Virus record (IMG/VR): IMGVR_UViG_3300037755_000349
Location: 1-64,000 of that record
From: a virus
Taxonomy: Duplodnaviria; Caudoviricetes
DNA: 64,000 nucleotides
Direction: 5' to 3' (one strand)
Shown here in pieces: positions 15,060 to 23,932 of the stretch (the first letter of the stretch is position 1; each line of letters starts with the position of its first letter). The position numbers were made by a program, and so were the translations under genes. The notes under the pieces were generated by a model. The model made no database searches, was not told the DNA's origin, and saw only the letters and a program-made list of their open reading frames with translations.

Positions 15060-17600
15060 ATGCCCAAGCCATACAGCTCCACGCTCGTCGAACTGTCGCC
15101 CGAGGAGCCGCGCCCCTCGATGCAGCCGGACGGCTCGCGCATCACGCGCAACGGTGACGGCACCATCACCATCGAAGGCCAGCAGCAGGCCGGTCCGCGT
15201 ATCCCTGTCGAGGGCGACTTCGACGAGAATTTGGCGCCGTACTTCACCGCCGGCGAACGGCAATTCGTCGCTGAGCAGCTCATCGAGTACTCGCGCGTGG
15301 ATATCGAGTCGCGCGCCGACTGGGAGCTGAAGGAGGAGCGCTGCCTGGAGATGCTCGGGATCAAGGACATCCCGCCAGAGCGAGATGAGTCGCCAGGCTT
15401 CCATAAGGTCACGCATCCCATGCTCGTTGAGGCGTGCGTGCAGTTCCAGGCGCGTGCGATTGCAGAGTTCTACCCGGCCACCGGCCCGGTGAAGTGCACC
15501 CCAATCGGCAAGCGCAGCCGCCGACGCATTGAGCAGGCCGATCGCGTCGAGACTTTCATGAACTACTACCTGACCGGGATCGACGCCGGTTACTTTCCGG
15601 ACACCGACCAGATGTTGCTGTACCTGCCGATGTCAGGCAGCGCATTCCGCAAGTGCTCGCCGGATTGGCGCACCGGCCTGCCGCAGCTCAGGTACGTGAA
15701 GGCCACGAATTTCATCGCGCCGTACTCGGGCTTGTCGCTGGACACAATGCCGCGCTATGCACACCGCTACACGATGAGCGGCCTGGATATTCAGCGCTCG
15801 ATCGACCGCGGCATGTTCTACGACGTGAACCTGCAACCCCCTGCGATGGGAGAGGCGCGGCACTCGCGCACGGAGGACACCGCGGATTTCCGCGAGATGG
15901 TGATGCACGAGGACGATCGGCTGTACAACATCCTCGAATATCACATCGAGATGCCGCTCTCCTCCCCCGAGCTGCCGGAGCACGAGGATGGCGCCACGCT
16001 GCCGTACATCATCCTGGTCGAGGAGACGAATCGCGAGATCCTCCTGATGCGGCGCAACTGGAAGCAGATGGATGAGCAGCGCCGTAAGCGCATTTGGTTC
16101 TCTCACTATCGGTTCTTGCCCGGCCTGGGCTTCTACGGCTTCGGCTTTCCGCACGTCATCGGCTCGCTCGGCCGCGCCGCCTCGGGCGCCGTGAACGCGC
16201 TGCTCGACTCCGCGCTGATGGCGAATCTGCAAGGCGGCTTCAAGACGAAGGAGGCGAAGAACAGCGCGAAGGAATACCGGCTTACCCCTGGCGTGTGGAC
16301 CGATGTAGACATGGCCTACGACGAGATCTCGAAGGCGTTCTACACCCCGCCTTTCCGTGAGCCGAGCCCGGCCCTGTTCCAGCTCCTCGATCGCCTGGTG
16401 GCCGCCGGCCAGCGCTTCGCCTCGACCACGGAGGTGATGGTCGGGGATGCCGACAACCGCGGCCCGGTGGGCACGACGGTGGCGCTGATCGAGGAAAGCT
16501 CGCGCGTCTATACCGCGATCCACAAGCGCATGCACAACAGCGCGGGCGAAGAGTTCCGCATGCTCTCCGAGTACATCGGGGAGTACATGCCCAACGAGTA
16601 CACCTACGACTTCGACGACCAGACGCGCACGCTGCTGCAAACCGACTTCGATGGCCGCGTCGACGTGGCGCCAGTGTCGGATCCGAACATCTTCAGCTCG
16701 ACACAGCGTATCGCGCTCGCGCAGGCCGTAATCGAGTTGCAGATGCAACGCCCCGAACTGTATCCACCACAGAAAGTGATCGCCGCGCACCGGCGCCTGC
16801 TGGAAGCGCTGCGCGTGCCAGATCTCGATGAGGTGGCGCCCGAGATGGACATGCCGAAGTTCATCGACGCGGTGAGCGAGAACGGTTTGATGCTGGTCGG
16901 CAAGGGCACGCGTGCATTCGAGTATCAGGATCACCAGTCGCACATGCTGATCCACCAGAACGGTTTGCAATGGGCGATGGCCGCGAACCAGGAACCCGAG
17001 CAGCAGCAGCAGATCGCCGCGGCGTTCATGGCCCACATCCGCGAGCACCAGGCGCTGCACTATCGCTCGATGATCCAGCAGCAGCTCGGCATGCCGTTGC
17101 CGCCGCTGGATGAGGCCGGCATGCCGCAGGAAGTCGATCCGGAGTTCGAGGCCCGGTTGAGCCAGGCCGTCGTGCAGGCGCTGCCGCCCCCGCCCCTGCC
17201 TCCGGGCCAGGAACAGCAGGCCGCGGAAGGCCAGGCCGTGCTCGACAAGACGCAGGCCGCGATCAAGGCGAAGGAGATGGATGCCACCGCCAAGGTCGAG
17301 CGCGACACGATGGCGTTCGTCGGGGAGGAGAAGCGCAAGGAGGTGGCGTTCCAGAACGACCAGCGCCGGCAAAATGTGAATCTTGCGTTCGATCTGTCGC
17401 GCCAGTCCAAAGGCGCGAACCTCCAGGATCGCATCAAGGATCGCCAGGCATCCGCAGACCTGATCCGCACCGGCGTGAAGGGTAAACTGGCGCAGCGGCA
17501 GACCGAAGCGCAGGGTAAGCTGAAGATGAACCTGGCCGCCGAGCAAGCCAAGGCGAAGGCCAAGACGGTGAAAAAGAAAGCCAATGGAGCGTCACGTTGA
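15060..17600 (+). CDS. Portal protein (P22-like) with long C-terminal extension
   Basis: 846 aa; HPMLVEACVQFQARAIAE, GFYGFGF, GTTVALIE..AIHKRMH, VSDPNIFS motifs; first gene of the head operon. Confidence 0.88.
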   Translation: MPKPYSSTLVELSPEEPRPSMQPDGSRITRNGDGTITIEGQQQAGPRIPVEGDFDENLAPYFTAGERQFVAEQLIEYSRVDIESRADWELKEERCLEMLGIKDIPPERDESPGFHKVTHPMLVEACVQFQARAIAEFYPATGPVKCTPIGKRSRRRIEQADRVETFMNYYLTGIDAGYFPDTDQMLLYLPMSGSAFRKCSPDWRTGLPQLRYVKATNFIAPYSGLSLDTMPRYAHRYTMSGLDIQRSIDRGMFYDVNLQPPAMGEARHSRTEDTADFREMVMHEDDRLYNILEYHIEMPLSSPELPEHEDGATLPYIILVEETNREILLMRRNWKQMDEQRRKRIWFSHYRFLPGLGFYGFGFPHVIGSLGRAASGAVNALLDSALMANLQGGFKTKEAKNSAKEYRLTPGVWTDVDMAYDEISKAFYTPPFREPSPALFQLLDRLVAAGQRFASTTEVMVGDADNRGPVGTTVALIEESSRVYTAIHKRMHNSAGEEFRMLSEYIGEYMPNEYTYDFDDQTRTLLQTDFDGRVDVAPVSDPNIFSSTQRIALAQAVIELQMQRPELYPPQKVIAAHRRLLEALRVPDLDEVAPEMDMPKFIDAVSENGLMLVGKGTRAFEYQDHQSHMLIHQNGLQWAMAANQEPEQQQQIAAAFMAHIREHQALHYRSMIQQQLGMPLPPLDEAGMPQEVDPEFEARLSQAVVQALPPPPLPPGQEQQAAEGQAVLDKTQAAIKAKEMDATAKVERDTMAFVGEEKRKEVAFQNDQRRQNVNLAFDLSRQSKGANLQDRIKDRQASADLIRTGVKGKLAQRQTEAQGKLKMNLAAEQAKAKAKTVKKKANGASR

Positions 17601-17833
17601 TGGCGAAGCCGTCGCCCGCTGAGACGCGCGCAGCGAAGGGATTCCTGCGCACACATGCAAAGGCGAGGTCGGGCGAGATCCCGCCGCGCAAGTTCGCTGC
17701 CGCGAGCAAGGAGCTTGGCGTCGGCTTCCGAGATCTGCTGCGCTTCATCGCGCGACTGTACTCGGGCGGGCAGGGTGAGGGCGCGTTCCGGATGGATCGC
17801 GTTCGCGAGTTACAGGGCAAACAGTCGAAATGA
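17600..17833 (+). CDS. Hypothetical basic protein
   Basis: TGATG-coupled to the portal stop. Confidence 0.55.
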   Translation: MAKPSPAETRAAKGFLRTHAKARSGEIPPRKFAAASKELGVGFRDLLRFIARLYSGGQGEGAFRMDRVRELQGKQSK

Positions 17834-17845
17834 AGCGAGGCAATC

Positions 17846-18121
17846 ATGTACAAGCGAAGCGAGGGATTCGATCCGGACCGGCCGCCGGCGGAGGCAAAGC
17901 AGCACCCCAAGCAGCGGGAGCCGCACGTAAACGCGGAGAACACGATCGGGGCGGGCAGCGAGCGCAGTCCGTATCCGCAGAACACGATCGGCAGCGGCGG
18001 GGAGAAGCCGGGCCACGGGGAGCGGACGATCGGCCACGGGGAGCGGACCCCGAGCCGGCCGGACAACGACCCGCTGCCGGGCGGCGATTGCTCCAAGCAC
18101 AGCGGCACGATCGCGGACTGA
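17846..18121 (+). CDS. Low-complexity protein with NTIG/GHGER repeats
   Basis: GAGG RBS; 17-bp repeat GGCCACGGGGAGCGGAC at 18011 and 18032. Confidence 0.5.
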   Translation: MYKRSEGFDPDRPPAEAKQHPKQREPHVNAENTIGAGSERSPYPQNTIGSGGEKPGHGERTIGHGERTPSRPDNDPLPGGDCSKHSGTIAD

Positions 18122-18330
18122 CGGACAACTCGGCGCCCTTCGCGAACCGCGTGCTGAAGTGGGCGGGTGAAGAGCGCCTCGTCCTCATCGAGCACCTGGC
18201 GAAGGGTCTGGCCGAGCGCGAGTACTTGCTGACCTGCGGGCGCATCAAGCAGCTCGATGAGACCATCGCTCACCTGGAGGAGCTGTACCGCAAATACATC
18301 CAAGACGACGAGGAAGATGACGATGAGTAG
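18118..18330 (+). CDS. Small helical head-module protein (start uncertain: CTG 18118 or ATG 17830)
   Basis: EYLLTCGRIKQLDETIAHL resembles the small gene often found before phage GroES; acidic tail. Confidence 0.45.
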   Translation: MTDNSAPFANRVLKWAGEERLVLIEHLAKGLAEREYLLTCGRIKQLDETIAHLEELYRKYIQDDEEDDDE

Positions 18331-18877
18331 ACGAAACAAGGGCCGCGTATTTTCTTTGCCGCCCGTGATCTCGCGACCTGGCCCCTCGATGGGAGACGCG
18401 CACCGCGATCTGCACGATGCCGATCGCCACGTCGATCGCCGGCATGACACGGATGAAAACATCGAGCGATTGATCCGCGAGGCCGACAAGCAGGCCGCGC
18501 TTGAGCCGGTCGATGTGACGAACCTGCCGATGCAGCCGATGTTCTGGCACGTACTGGTCGAGCCGATGCGCGCCTCTGCGAAGATCGGCAGCGGCGTGCT
18601 GTACCAGGCCGATGAGAGCAAGCGAGTCGAGGAGATCCAGACGACAATCGGGCGCCTGGTGGCGATCGGACCTTGCGCGTTTACCGGCAAAACGAATGCC
18701 GGAAACTTCCTCGGCGAAGGGATCGAGCGCGAGAAGTTGATCAACAGATGGGTGATGTACGCCAAGCACACCGGCCAAGAGATCAAGCTGCGCACCGGCC
18801 ACCGATTGCTGCTGCTCAACGACTCCGAGCTGCTCGCATTCGTGGAAAATCCCGAGGATTTCCGGCACTGGCTTTGA
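18323..18877 (+). CDS. groES: GroES/Cpn10-like co-chaperonin
   Basis: PMFWHVLVEP..GSGVLY..GRLVAIGP..WVMYAKHTG..LLLLNDSELLAFVENP. Confidence 0.8.
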   Translation: MSRRNKGRVFSLPPVISRPGPSMGDAHRDLHDADRHVDRRHDTDENIERLIREADKQAALEPVDVTNLPMQPMFWHVLVEPMRASAKIGSGVLYQADESKRVEEIQTTIGRLVAIGPCAFTGKTNAGNFLGEGIEREKLINRWVMYAKHTGQEIKLRTGHRLLLLNDSELLAFVENPEDFRHWL

Positions 18878-19057
18878 TCGAGTTGGGCGTAGGTACGGCC
18901 AAAGAAAGCCGTACTTACGTCGTTCTTATGGGGTTCTTATTGGATAAAAATCCCATAGTTACCCTCACTGATATCAGCCGCGGAGATTAGAAAAGCCTCC
19001 CCTCGTTGCGGAAGATCCTCGCCGCACGTCGTGCAACACACGACAACGAGGAGCAAC

Positions 19058-20200
19058 ATGGCTCGCACACAAACCACTGGCGGCAAGGCAAAGGGGGGCA
19101 AGCAATGGAAGCCGGCCCCGACCGACCAGGAGAAACCTTTCGCTGAGATCGATCTCGGAGCGTCGAAGGACGGCATTCAGCGCATGGCTGACGAGCCCGA
19201 CGAGGATGCCGACGATGATCTGCCTGGTTCCGAAGGCGATGACGGTGAGCAGCCACGTGAGCGGCGCTTCATAGATCGTAGCAAGTCCGTGAGCAAGCGC
19301 CTCGGGCGCATGGAACGCAGCTTCAACCAGCGATTTGCGGATCAGGAAGCTCGATGGCAGCGCCAAGTCGCCGATCTCAAGCGCGAGAACAGTTCGCTAC
19401 GCGTCAATCGCGGGGTAAGCGAAGCCGACCAGGCCGCGCATGACAGCAAGATCGCGGCCTGGCAATCCGAACTCGAAACCGCCTACGAGAAGGGCGACAC
19501 CAAGAAACAAGCCGAGCTGACCACGAAGATTGCTCAGGCACAGGGTGAGTTCGAGTCGAAGAAGCGCGCTGCCATGCTCGGCCAGCAGCAGCACCAGGAC
19601 CGTGACGATCGACGCGATGCCGTCGACCAGCGCGGTGATCCCGACAACCGCGGCAACGGACCGACGCGCGAGGCGCGCAAGTGGATGCGTGCGAATGATG
19701 ACTGGTGGAACGATCCGGAGTTCGAGATCGAGAAGCAGGCCGCCATCGTCATCGACAACCAACTCATCGACGAAGGCTCCGATCCCAACGATCCGGAGCA
19801 CTACGAAGAGCTGCGCGAGCGCCTGCTCGACAAGTTCCCGGACATGGAATCGGAGATTGCGATGCCTAGCGCACGCCGTGGCCGCCGCGATGCGCGCCGC
19901 GATGACGATGAAGACGATGACCTCGACGATGACCGTGGCGATCGCCGCGATCGTCGCGACACGCGTGGCGCCCGCAACGGCAGCACGCGCCGCCCGCCCA
20001 TCCCGGCCTTCGCCGATCGAGGCGCAGATCGAGGTAATCAACCGCGGCGCTCCAACGGTCGCACTGTCACCCTCTCGCGCGCGCAGCGCGAGAACATGAT
20101 CACTTTCGGACTCGATCCGCAGAATGACGATCATGTGAAGGAGTACGCGAAGTCCGCCGAAGAAACGACGCGCGCCTACGCGCGTGAGGGTCGTCACTGA
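19058..20200 (+). CDS. Capsid scaffolding protein
   Basis: Charged coiled-coil; WMRANDDWW..DP..EHYEEL; position between portal and capsid. Confidence 0.7.
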   Translation: MARTQTTGGKAKGGKQWKPAPTDQEKPFAEIDLGASKDGIQRMADEPDEDADDDLPGSEGDDGEQPRERRFIDRSKSVSKRLGRMERSFNQRFADQEARWQRQVADLKRENSSLRVNRGVSEADQAAHDSKIAAWQSELETAYEKGDTKKQAELTTKIAQAQGEFESKKRAAMLGQQQHQDRDDRRDAVDQRGDPDNRGNGPTREARKWMRANDDWWNDPEFEIEKQAAIVIDNQLIDEGSDPNDPEHYEELRERLLDKFPDMESEIAMPSARRGRRDARRDDDEDDDLDDDRGDRRDRRDTRGARNGSTRRPPIPAFADRGADRGNQPRRSNGRTVTLSRAQRENMITFGLDPQNDDHVKEYAKSAEETTRAYAREGRH

Positions 20201-20829
20201 TGAAAGCCGGATCAGTCATCTCGCGCGCAAAGCGCGCCGCGGACGTAGCTCCGACGATTGCTCGCCAGCAGCGCGAGCGCCGTGGTCAACGCTCGGATGG
20301 AGACATCCATGCCGTAGACAATTCAACGAATCTTTCGCGCGTTGCGCAGGCGGACGAAGCACGTGAGGTGCCGCGTCCGGCTGAGAAACGCAGATGGAAG
20401 CCCGCCAGTCACCTGCCCGCAATCAAGAACCCACCAGGCTATTCGCTGAAGTGGGTTCGGCGCGATGGCCGTGATCGTGGCGATTGCCGTGGCTTGGCCA
20501 AGTACTTACAGGAAGGCTGGGAGTTTGCGAGGAAGGAAGACTTCCCCAAGCGTTCTCTCCCGACTCAGCCCCTGACCAGTTACGGCGAGACGATCGGGAA
20601 TGGCGACATGGTCCTCATGAAATTGGCTGAGGACATGCTCGCGCAGCGCAACGAGCACTACCAGGGAAAGCGCGACACGGCGACCTACGCCGTCGAGAAG
20701 GGCAACTTGGGCGAGACCAGCAATCTGATGCCGGCTCAACGTCCTCGCCGTTCCTCTCGCACGGAGTTTGTCCGCTTCCGCAAGCGCCGCCCGGATGCAA
20801 TTGAAGTTGCGTCGGACGAAGACGATTAA
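20200..20829 (+). CDS. Head-module hypothetical protein
   Basis: WKPASHLP..PPGYSLKWVR..YLQEGWEF. Confidence 0.7.
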   Translation: MKAGSVISRAKRAADVAPTIARQQRERRGQRSDGDIHAVDNSTNLSRVAQADEAREVPRPAEKRRWKPASHLPAIKNPPGYSLKWVRRDGRDRGDCRGLAKYLQEGWEFARKEDFPKRSLPTQPLTSYGETIGNGDMVLMKLAEDMLAQRNEHYQGKRDTATYAVEKGNLGETSNLMPAQRPRRSSRTEFVRFRKRRPDAIEVASDEDD

Positions 20830-20852
20830 CCCCTAAACCGGAGAATTTGCAC

Positions 20853-21422
20853 ATGGCAAATCGAGACAATCCTTCCGGTCTCAAGGTTGCGCGCCACGCC
20901 CGCGGTGGACTCACGCGCCCGAATCGTTACTTCATCGCGTCGGCGCTCGCCTCGAATATCTTTCGCGGCGACCCCGTCATTCCTGTGAACACGAACAAGC
21001 GCATCAACGTCGCGGCGGCGGGTAACCGTCTCATCGGCGTGTTTCAAGGCGTGGCTTTCGAAAACGCGCAGGGTGAAGTGAAGTTCGAGAAGTACTGGCC
21101 GACAGGTCAGACCTTGAAGACCAATTCCGTGGCCGAGGCCCTCGTATGGGACGACCCGGAGACTCTGTTCGAGATCCAGCATTCCGGCAGCATGCTGCAA
21201 GCGGATGTTGGTGCGTTCTTTGACGTGACGATGGCGACCGCGGGTAATACCGCGACCGGCATTTCCGGCGCGGAGCTGGACACCACCACGCTCAGCACGA
21301 GCGATGGCCAACTTCGTTTCGAGCAGATCGCCGATCGGCCCGACAACGAGGTGGGCGCCAACGGCAAGGCTCTCGTTGTGATCAACGAGCATTACTTGCG
21401 CGGCGCCTTGACAGCCATCTGA
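20853..21422 (+). CDS. Capsid-associated (cement/decoration-like) protein
   Basis: MANRDNPSGL..IFRGDPV..DDPETLFEIQ; directly upstream of the capsid gene. Confidence 0.6.
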   Translation: MANRDNPSGLKVARHARGGLTRPNRYFIASALASNIFRGDPVIPVNTNKRINVAAAGNRLIGVFQGVAFENAQGEVKFEKYWPTGQTLKTNSVAEALVWDDPETLFEIQHSGSMLQADVGAFFDVTMATAGNTATGISGAELDTTTLSTSDGQLRFEQIADRPDNEVGANGKALVVINEHYLRGALTAI

Positions 21423-21454
21423 CCACCTGAATCTGAACCTGGAGTATCACCACC

Positions 21455-22360
21455 ATGATGACGCGTAGTGATTTCCGGAAGCAGCTTCAGGAGGGCCTGA
21501 ATGCTGTTTTCGGTGTTGAGTACAAGCGCCACCCAGAGGAGTGGCGTGCGATCTTCGACGTGGAGAATTCGTCGAAGGCGTTCGAAGAAGACGTGATGGA
21601 AGTGGGCCTGGGTGCCGCTCCCGTCAAGGCCGAGGGTGCCGCGATCGAGTACGACGAAGGGTACGAGACCTACGTCGCGCGCTACCGGCACGACACGATC
21701 GCGCTGGCCTTTGCGATCACCGAGGAAGCTGAAGAGGACAACCTCTACGGCAGCGTCGGCAACCGCATGAGCCGTGCGCTGGCTCGTTCCCTGCAACACA
21801 CCAAGGAAGTGAAGGGCGCGAACATTCTGAACTTCGGATTCGACACCAATTTCCCCGGTGGCGACGGAGTTCCGTTGTTCTCGGCCTCGCATCCGCTTGG
21901 TGGCGGGGGCGTGCTGTCCAACACGTTGGCGACGCCTGCCGATCTGGCCGAAAGCTCGATGGAAGAGCTGATGAACCAGATCAGCGAGTGGACGGACGAT
22001 CGCGGCCTGCCGATGAAGGCCATGATCACGAAGCTCATCATCCCGGTGGAGTTGCAATTCATTGCCGCTCGCCTGTTGATGAGCCCGTACCAGCCGGACA
22101 CGGGCGACAACAACATCAACGCGATCCAGAAACTCGGTGCGATCAGGGACGGCTATGCCGTCAATCACTACCTGACCGATCCCGACGCCTGGTTCTTCAA
22201 GACCGACACTCAGGACGGCTTGAAGCACTTCGTGCGGCGCGCTGTGAAGCGCGGCCTGGAGGGCGACTTCGAGACGGGCAACATGCGCTACAAGGCCAGC
22301 GAGCGGTATTCGCAGGGCTGGTCGAACTGGCGCGGTGCTGCCGGATCTGCGGGGGCCTGA
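21455..22360 (+). CDS. Major capsid protein
   Basis: GGAG RBS; QLQEGLNAVFG, KAEGAAIEYD, DGVPLFSASHP, YLTDPDAWF, RYKASERYS motifs. Confidence 0.88.
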   Translation: MMTRSDFRKQLQEGLNAVFGVEYKRHPEEWRAIFDVENSSKAFEEDVMEVGLGAAPVKAEGAAIEYDEGYETYVARYRHDTIALAFAITEEAEEDNLYGSVGNRMSRALARSLQHTKEVKGANILNFGFDTNFPGGDGVPLFSASHPLGGGGVLSNTLATPADLAESSMEELMNQISEWTDDRGLPMKAMITKLIIPVELQFIAARLLMSPYQPDTGDNNINAIQKLGAIRDGYAVNHYLTDPDAWFFKTDTQDGLKHFVRRAVKRGLEGDFETGNMRYKASERYSQGWSNWRGAAGSAGA

Positions 22361-22397
22361 TCGCGTAGTCCTCACACCATCAAAGCGATGAGCTGAT

Positions 22398-22426
22398 AGG
22401 GCGGCAGGTGACGGGCCTGCCGCCCT
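22398..22426 (+). terminator. Strong hairpin after the capsid gene (terminator or stabiliser)
   Basis: Perfect 11-bp stem AGGGCGGCAGG/CCTGCCGCCCT with a 7-nt loop; weak U-tract. Confidence 0.55.
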
Positions 22427-22475
22427 TGAAGCATCGGATGCCCGCAAGGGCTGCTATCAACGGAGAGCTTCCACC

Positions 22476-23159
22476 ATGTCGCGTCAACTTCTGTCTCGGG
22501 CTACTGATCTTTTCCTCGGCGCCGTCGCCTACGCTCGCGCGTTCTCGGGCAAGTACGGTGCTCCTTTCTCACCCCTCGTCGTCCACAACTTCGGCGCTCC
22601 GATCATCGGGGATGCCGATGGCATCAGTGTGTCGGCGACGATCACCGCACCGGCCTCGGCCGTCATCGGTGGCGCGCTCGCCTCCGGTGGTGTCGCGACG
22701 TTCGACGTGCCGCGCAATGTCGTGGGCGCCTGGACGAACACGGCCACGGTCACGATCGTGGGCACCGATGTGTACGGCTCGCTGATGACCGAGGTCTCGG
22801 CCAGCGGGACCTCGCACACCGGAACCAAGGCGTTCAAGACGGTCACGTCTGTCACGCCGAGCGTCACGGTCACGGGCGCAACATTCGGTACGGGTGACGT
22901 ACTCGGACTGCCCTACCGCGTGGACAAGAACAAACTCATTGCAGCCCGCGCAGGGAACGCGATCGACGCTGGTGTATTCGTGCCGGCGGTGACGACCGAT
23001 CCGGCAACCGGGACCACTGGCGATGTGCGCGGCACGTTCAATCCGGCGGTGACGTTGGACGGCGTCGAGACAATCTCGGTGGTTTTCGAGATCGCGGATC
23101 GCTCTTCCAAAGTCGGGACCTACGGCGTCAAGCAATTCGGTAGCGCCGATAGCGTCTAA
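22476..23159 (+). CDS. Virion structural protein (decoration-like); paralog of 23260-23922
   Basis: Thr/Val/Gly-rich beta protein; DADGIS..PRNV..GTDVYG. Confidence 0.6.
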   Translation: MSRQLLSRATDLFLGAVAYARAFSGKYGAPFSPLVVHNFGAPIIGDADGISVSATITAPASAVIGGALASGGVATFDVPRNVVGAWTNTATVTIVGTDVYGSLMTEVSASGTSHTGTKAFKTVTSVTPSVTVTGATFGTGDVLGLPYRVDKNKLIAARAGNAIDAGVFVPAVTTDPATGTTGDVRGTFNPAVTLDGVETISVVFEIADRSSKVGTYGVKQFGSADSV

Positions 23160-23165
23160 CCAGTT

Positions 23166-23240
23166 TGCGGGGTGGCGCAGCGGCAGCGCGCCGGGCTCAT
23201 AACCCGGAGGTCGCAGGTTCAAATCCTGTCCCCGCAACCA
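23166..23240 (+). tRNA. tRNA-Met(CAT), initiator-like anticodon arm, encoded CCA
   Basis: Full cloverleaf: GCGGGG/CCCCGC acceptor, CCGGG-CTCATAA-CCCGG anticodon arm, GGTTCAAATCC T-arm, ACCA end. Confidence 0.93.
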
Positions 23241-23259
23241 TCAGGAGGAGGAGAGAGTC

Positions 23260-23922
23260 ATGCGAGTACTCGAACGAATCGCGACGGTGATCACTGCCGA
23301 TCCGGACGGCATCGCCGCGTCGCAAACGCCCGCGGGAGCCGGGGACCTGGTGCTCGATGGCGCGACCGTGAAGGCCGACGACGGCACGGCCACCTACGAC
23401 ATCGGCGCCGCGGTGCTCAATCCGCCGCGTCGAGTGACCATCACCTCCGCTGCCGACATCTCCAACCGCACGCTCACGATCTACGGACGCGATCGCGTGG
23501 GCACCGAGATCTCCGAGACCCTCACCGGGCCGAACGCAACGACTGTCACCAGCGTACTGGTCTACAAGACGGTGAGCCGCATCTCGATCTCAGGGGCCGC
23601 GGCCGGCGCGCTCACGGTGGGCTTCGGCGCCGAGTTCATCACGCCGTGGATCGTGCTTGCGAACATGCGGGGTGATTATCACTGGCTCTCGCGGGTGTTC
23701 TTCGCTGCCGGTGGCACGGTGAACTACGACATCGAGGTGACGAGCGACAAGTACCTGCTGCAACGCTCGGGGGATTACTCCGATGACACCCACGCAGTGC
23801 TTGCCGCGCAGACGGCAAACACCGAGAGCAGCAACGATGCCAACTACGCAGCGGTGCGGCTCAAGGTGAATGCGACCGATGTGCCCGTGACGATGCGCGT
23901 CATTCCCTCTCGAACGGCATAA
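23260..23922 (+). CDS. Virion structural protein; paralog of 22476-23159
   Basis: AGGAGG RBS; ADPDGIA..PRRV..GRDRVGTEISE. Confidence 0.65.
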   Translation: MRVLERIATVITADPDGIAASQTPAGAGDLVLDGATVKADDGTATYDIGAAVLNPPRRVTITSAADISNRTLTIYGRDRVGTEISETLTGPNATTVTSVLVYKTVSRISISGAAAGALTVGFGAEFITPWIVLANMRGDYHWLSRVFFAAGGTVNYDIEVTSDKYLLQRSGDYSDDTHAVLAAQTANTESSNDANYAAVRLKVNATDVPVTMRVIPSRTA

Positions 23923-23932
23923 GGTGGGTTCC

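Noticed and set aside
15633-17546. 637-aa minus-strand ORF, and similar long antisense ORFs (4268-5173, 31665-32906, 43681-44790, 48151-49650, 55940-57172)
   Set aside because: Shadow frames of GC-rich genes with clear motifs on the opposite strand; His/Arg/Val-biased with no domains
23166-23240. tRNA as an attP/attL integration scar
   Set aside because: No duplicated tRNA 3' fragment elsewhere in the window, no integrase, and phage genes continue on both sides
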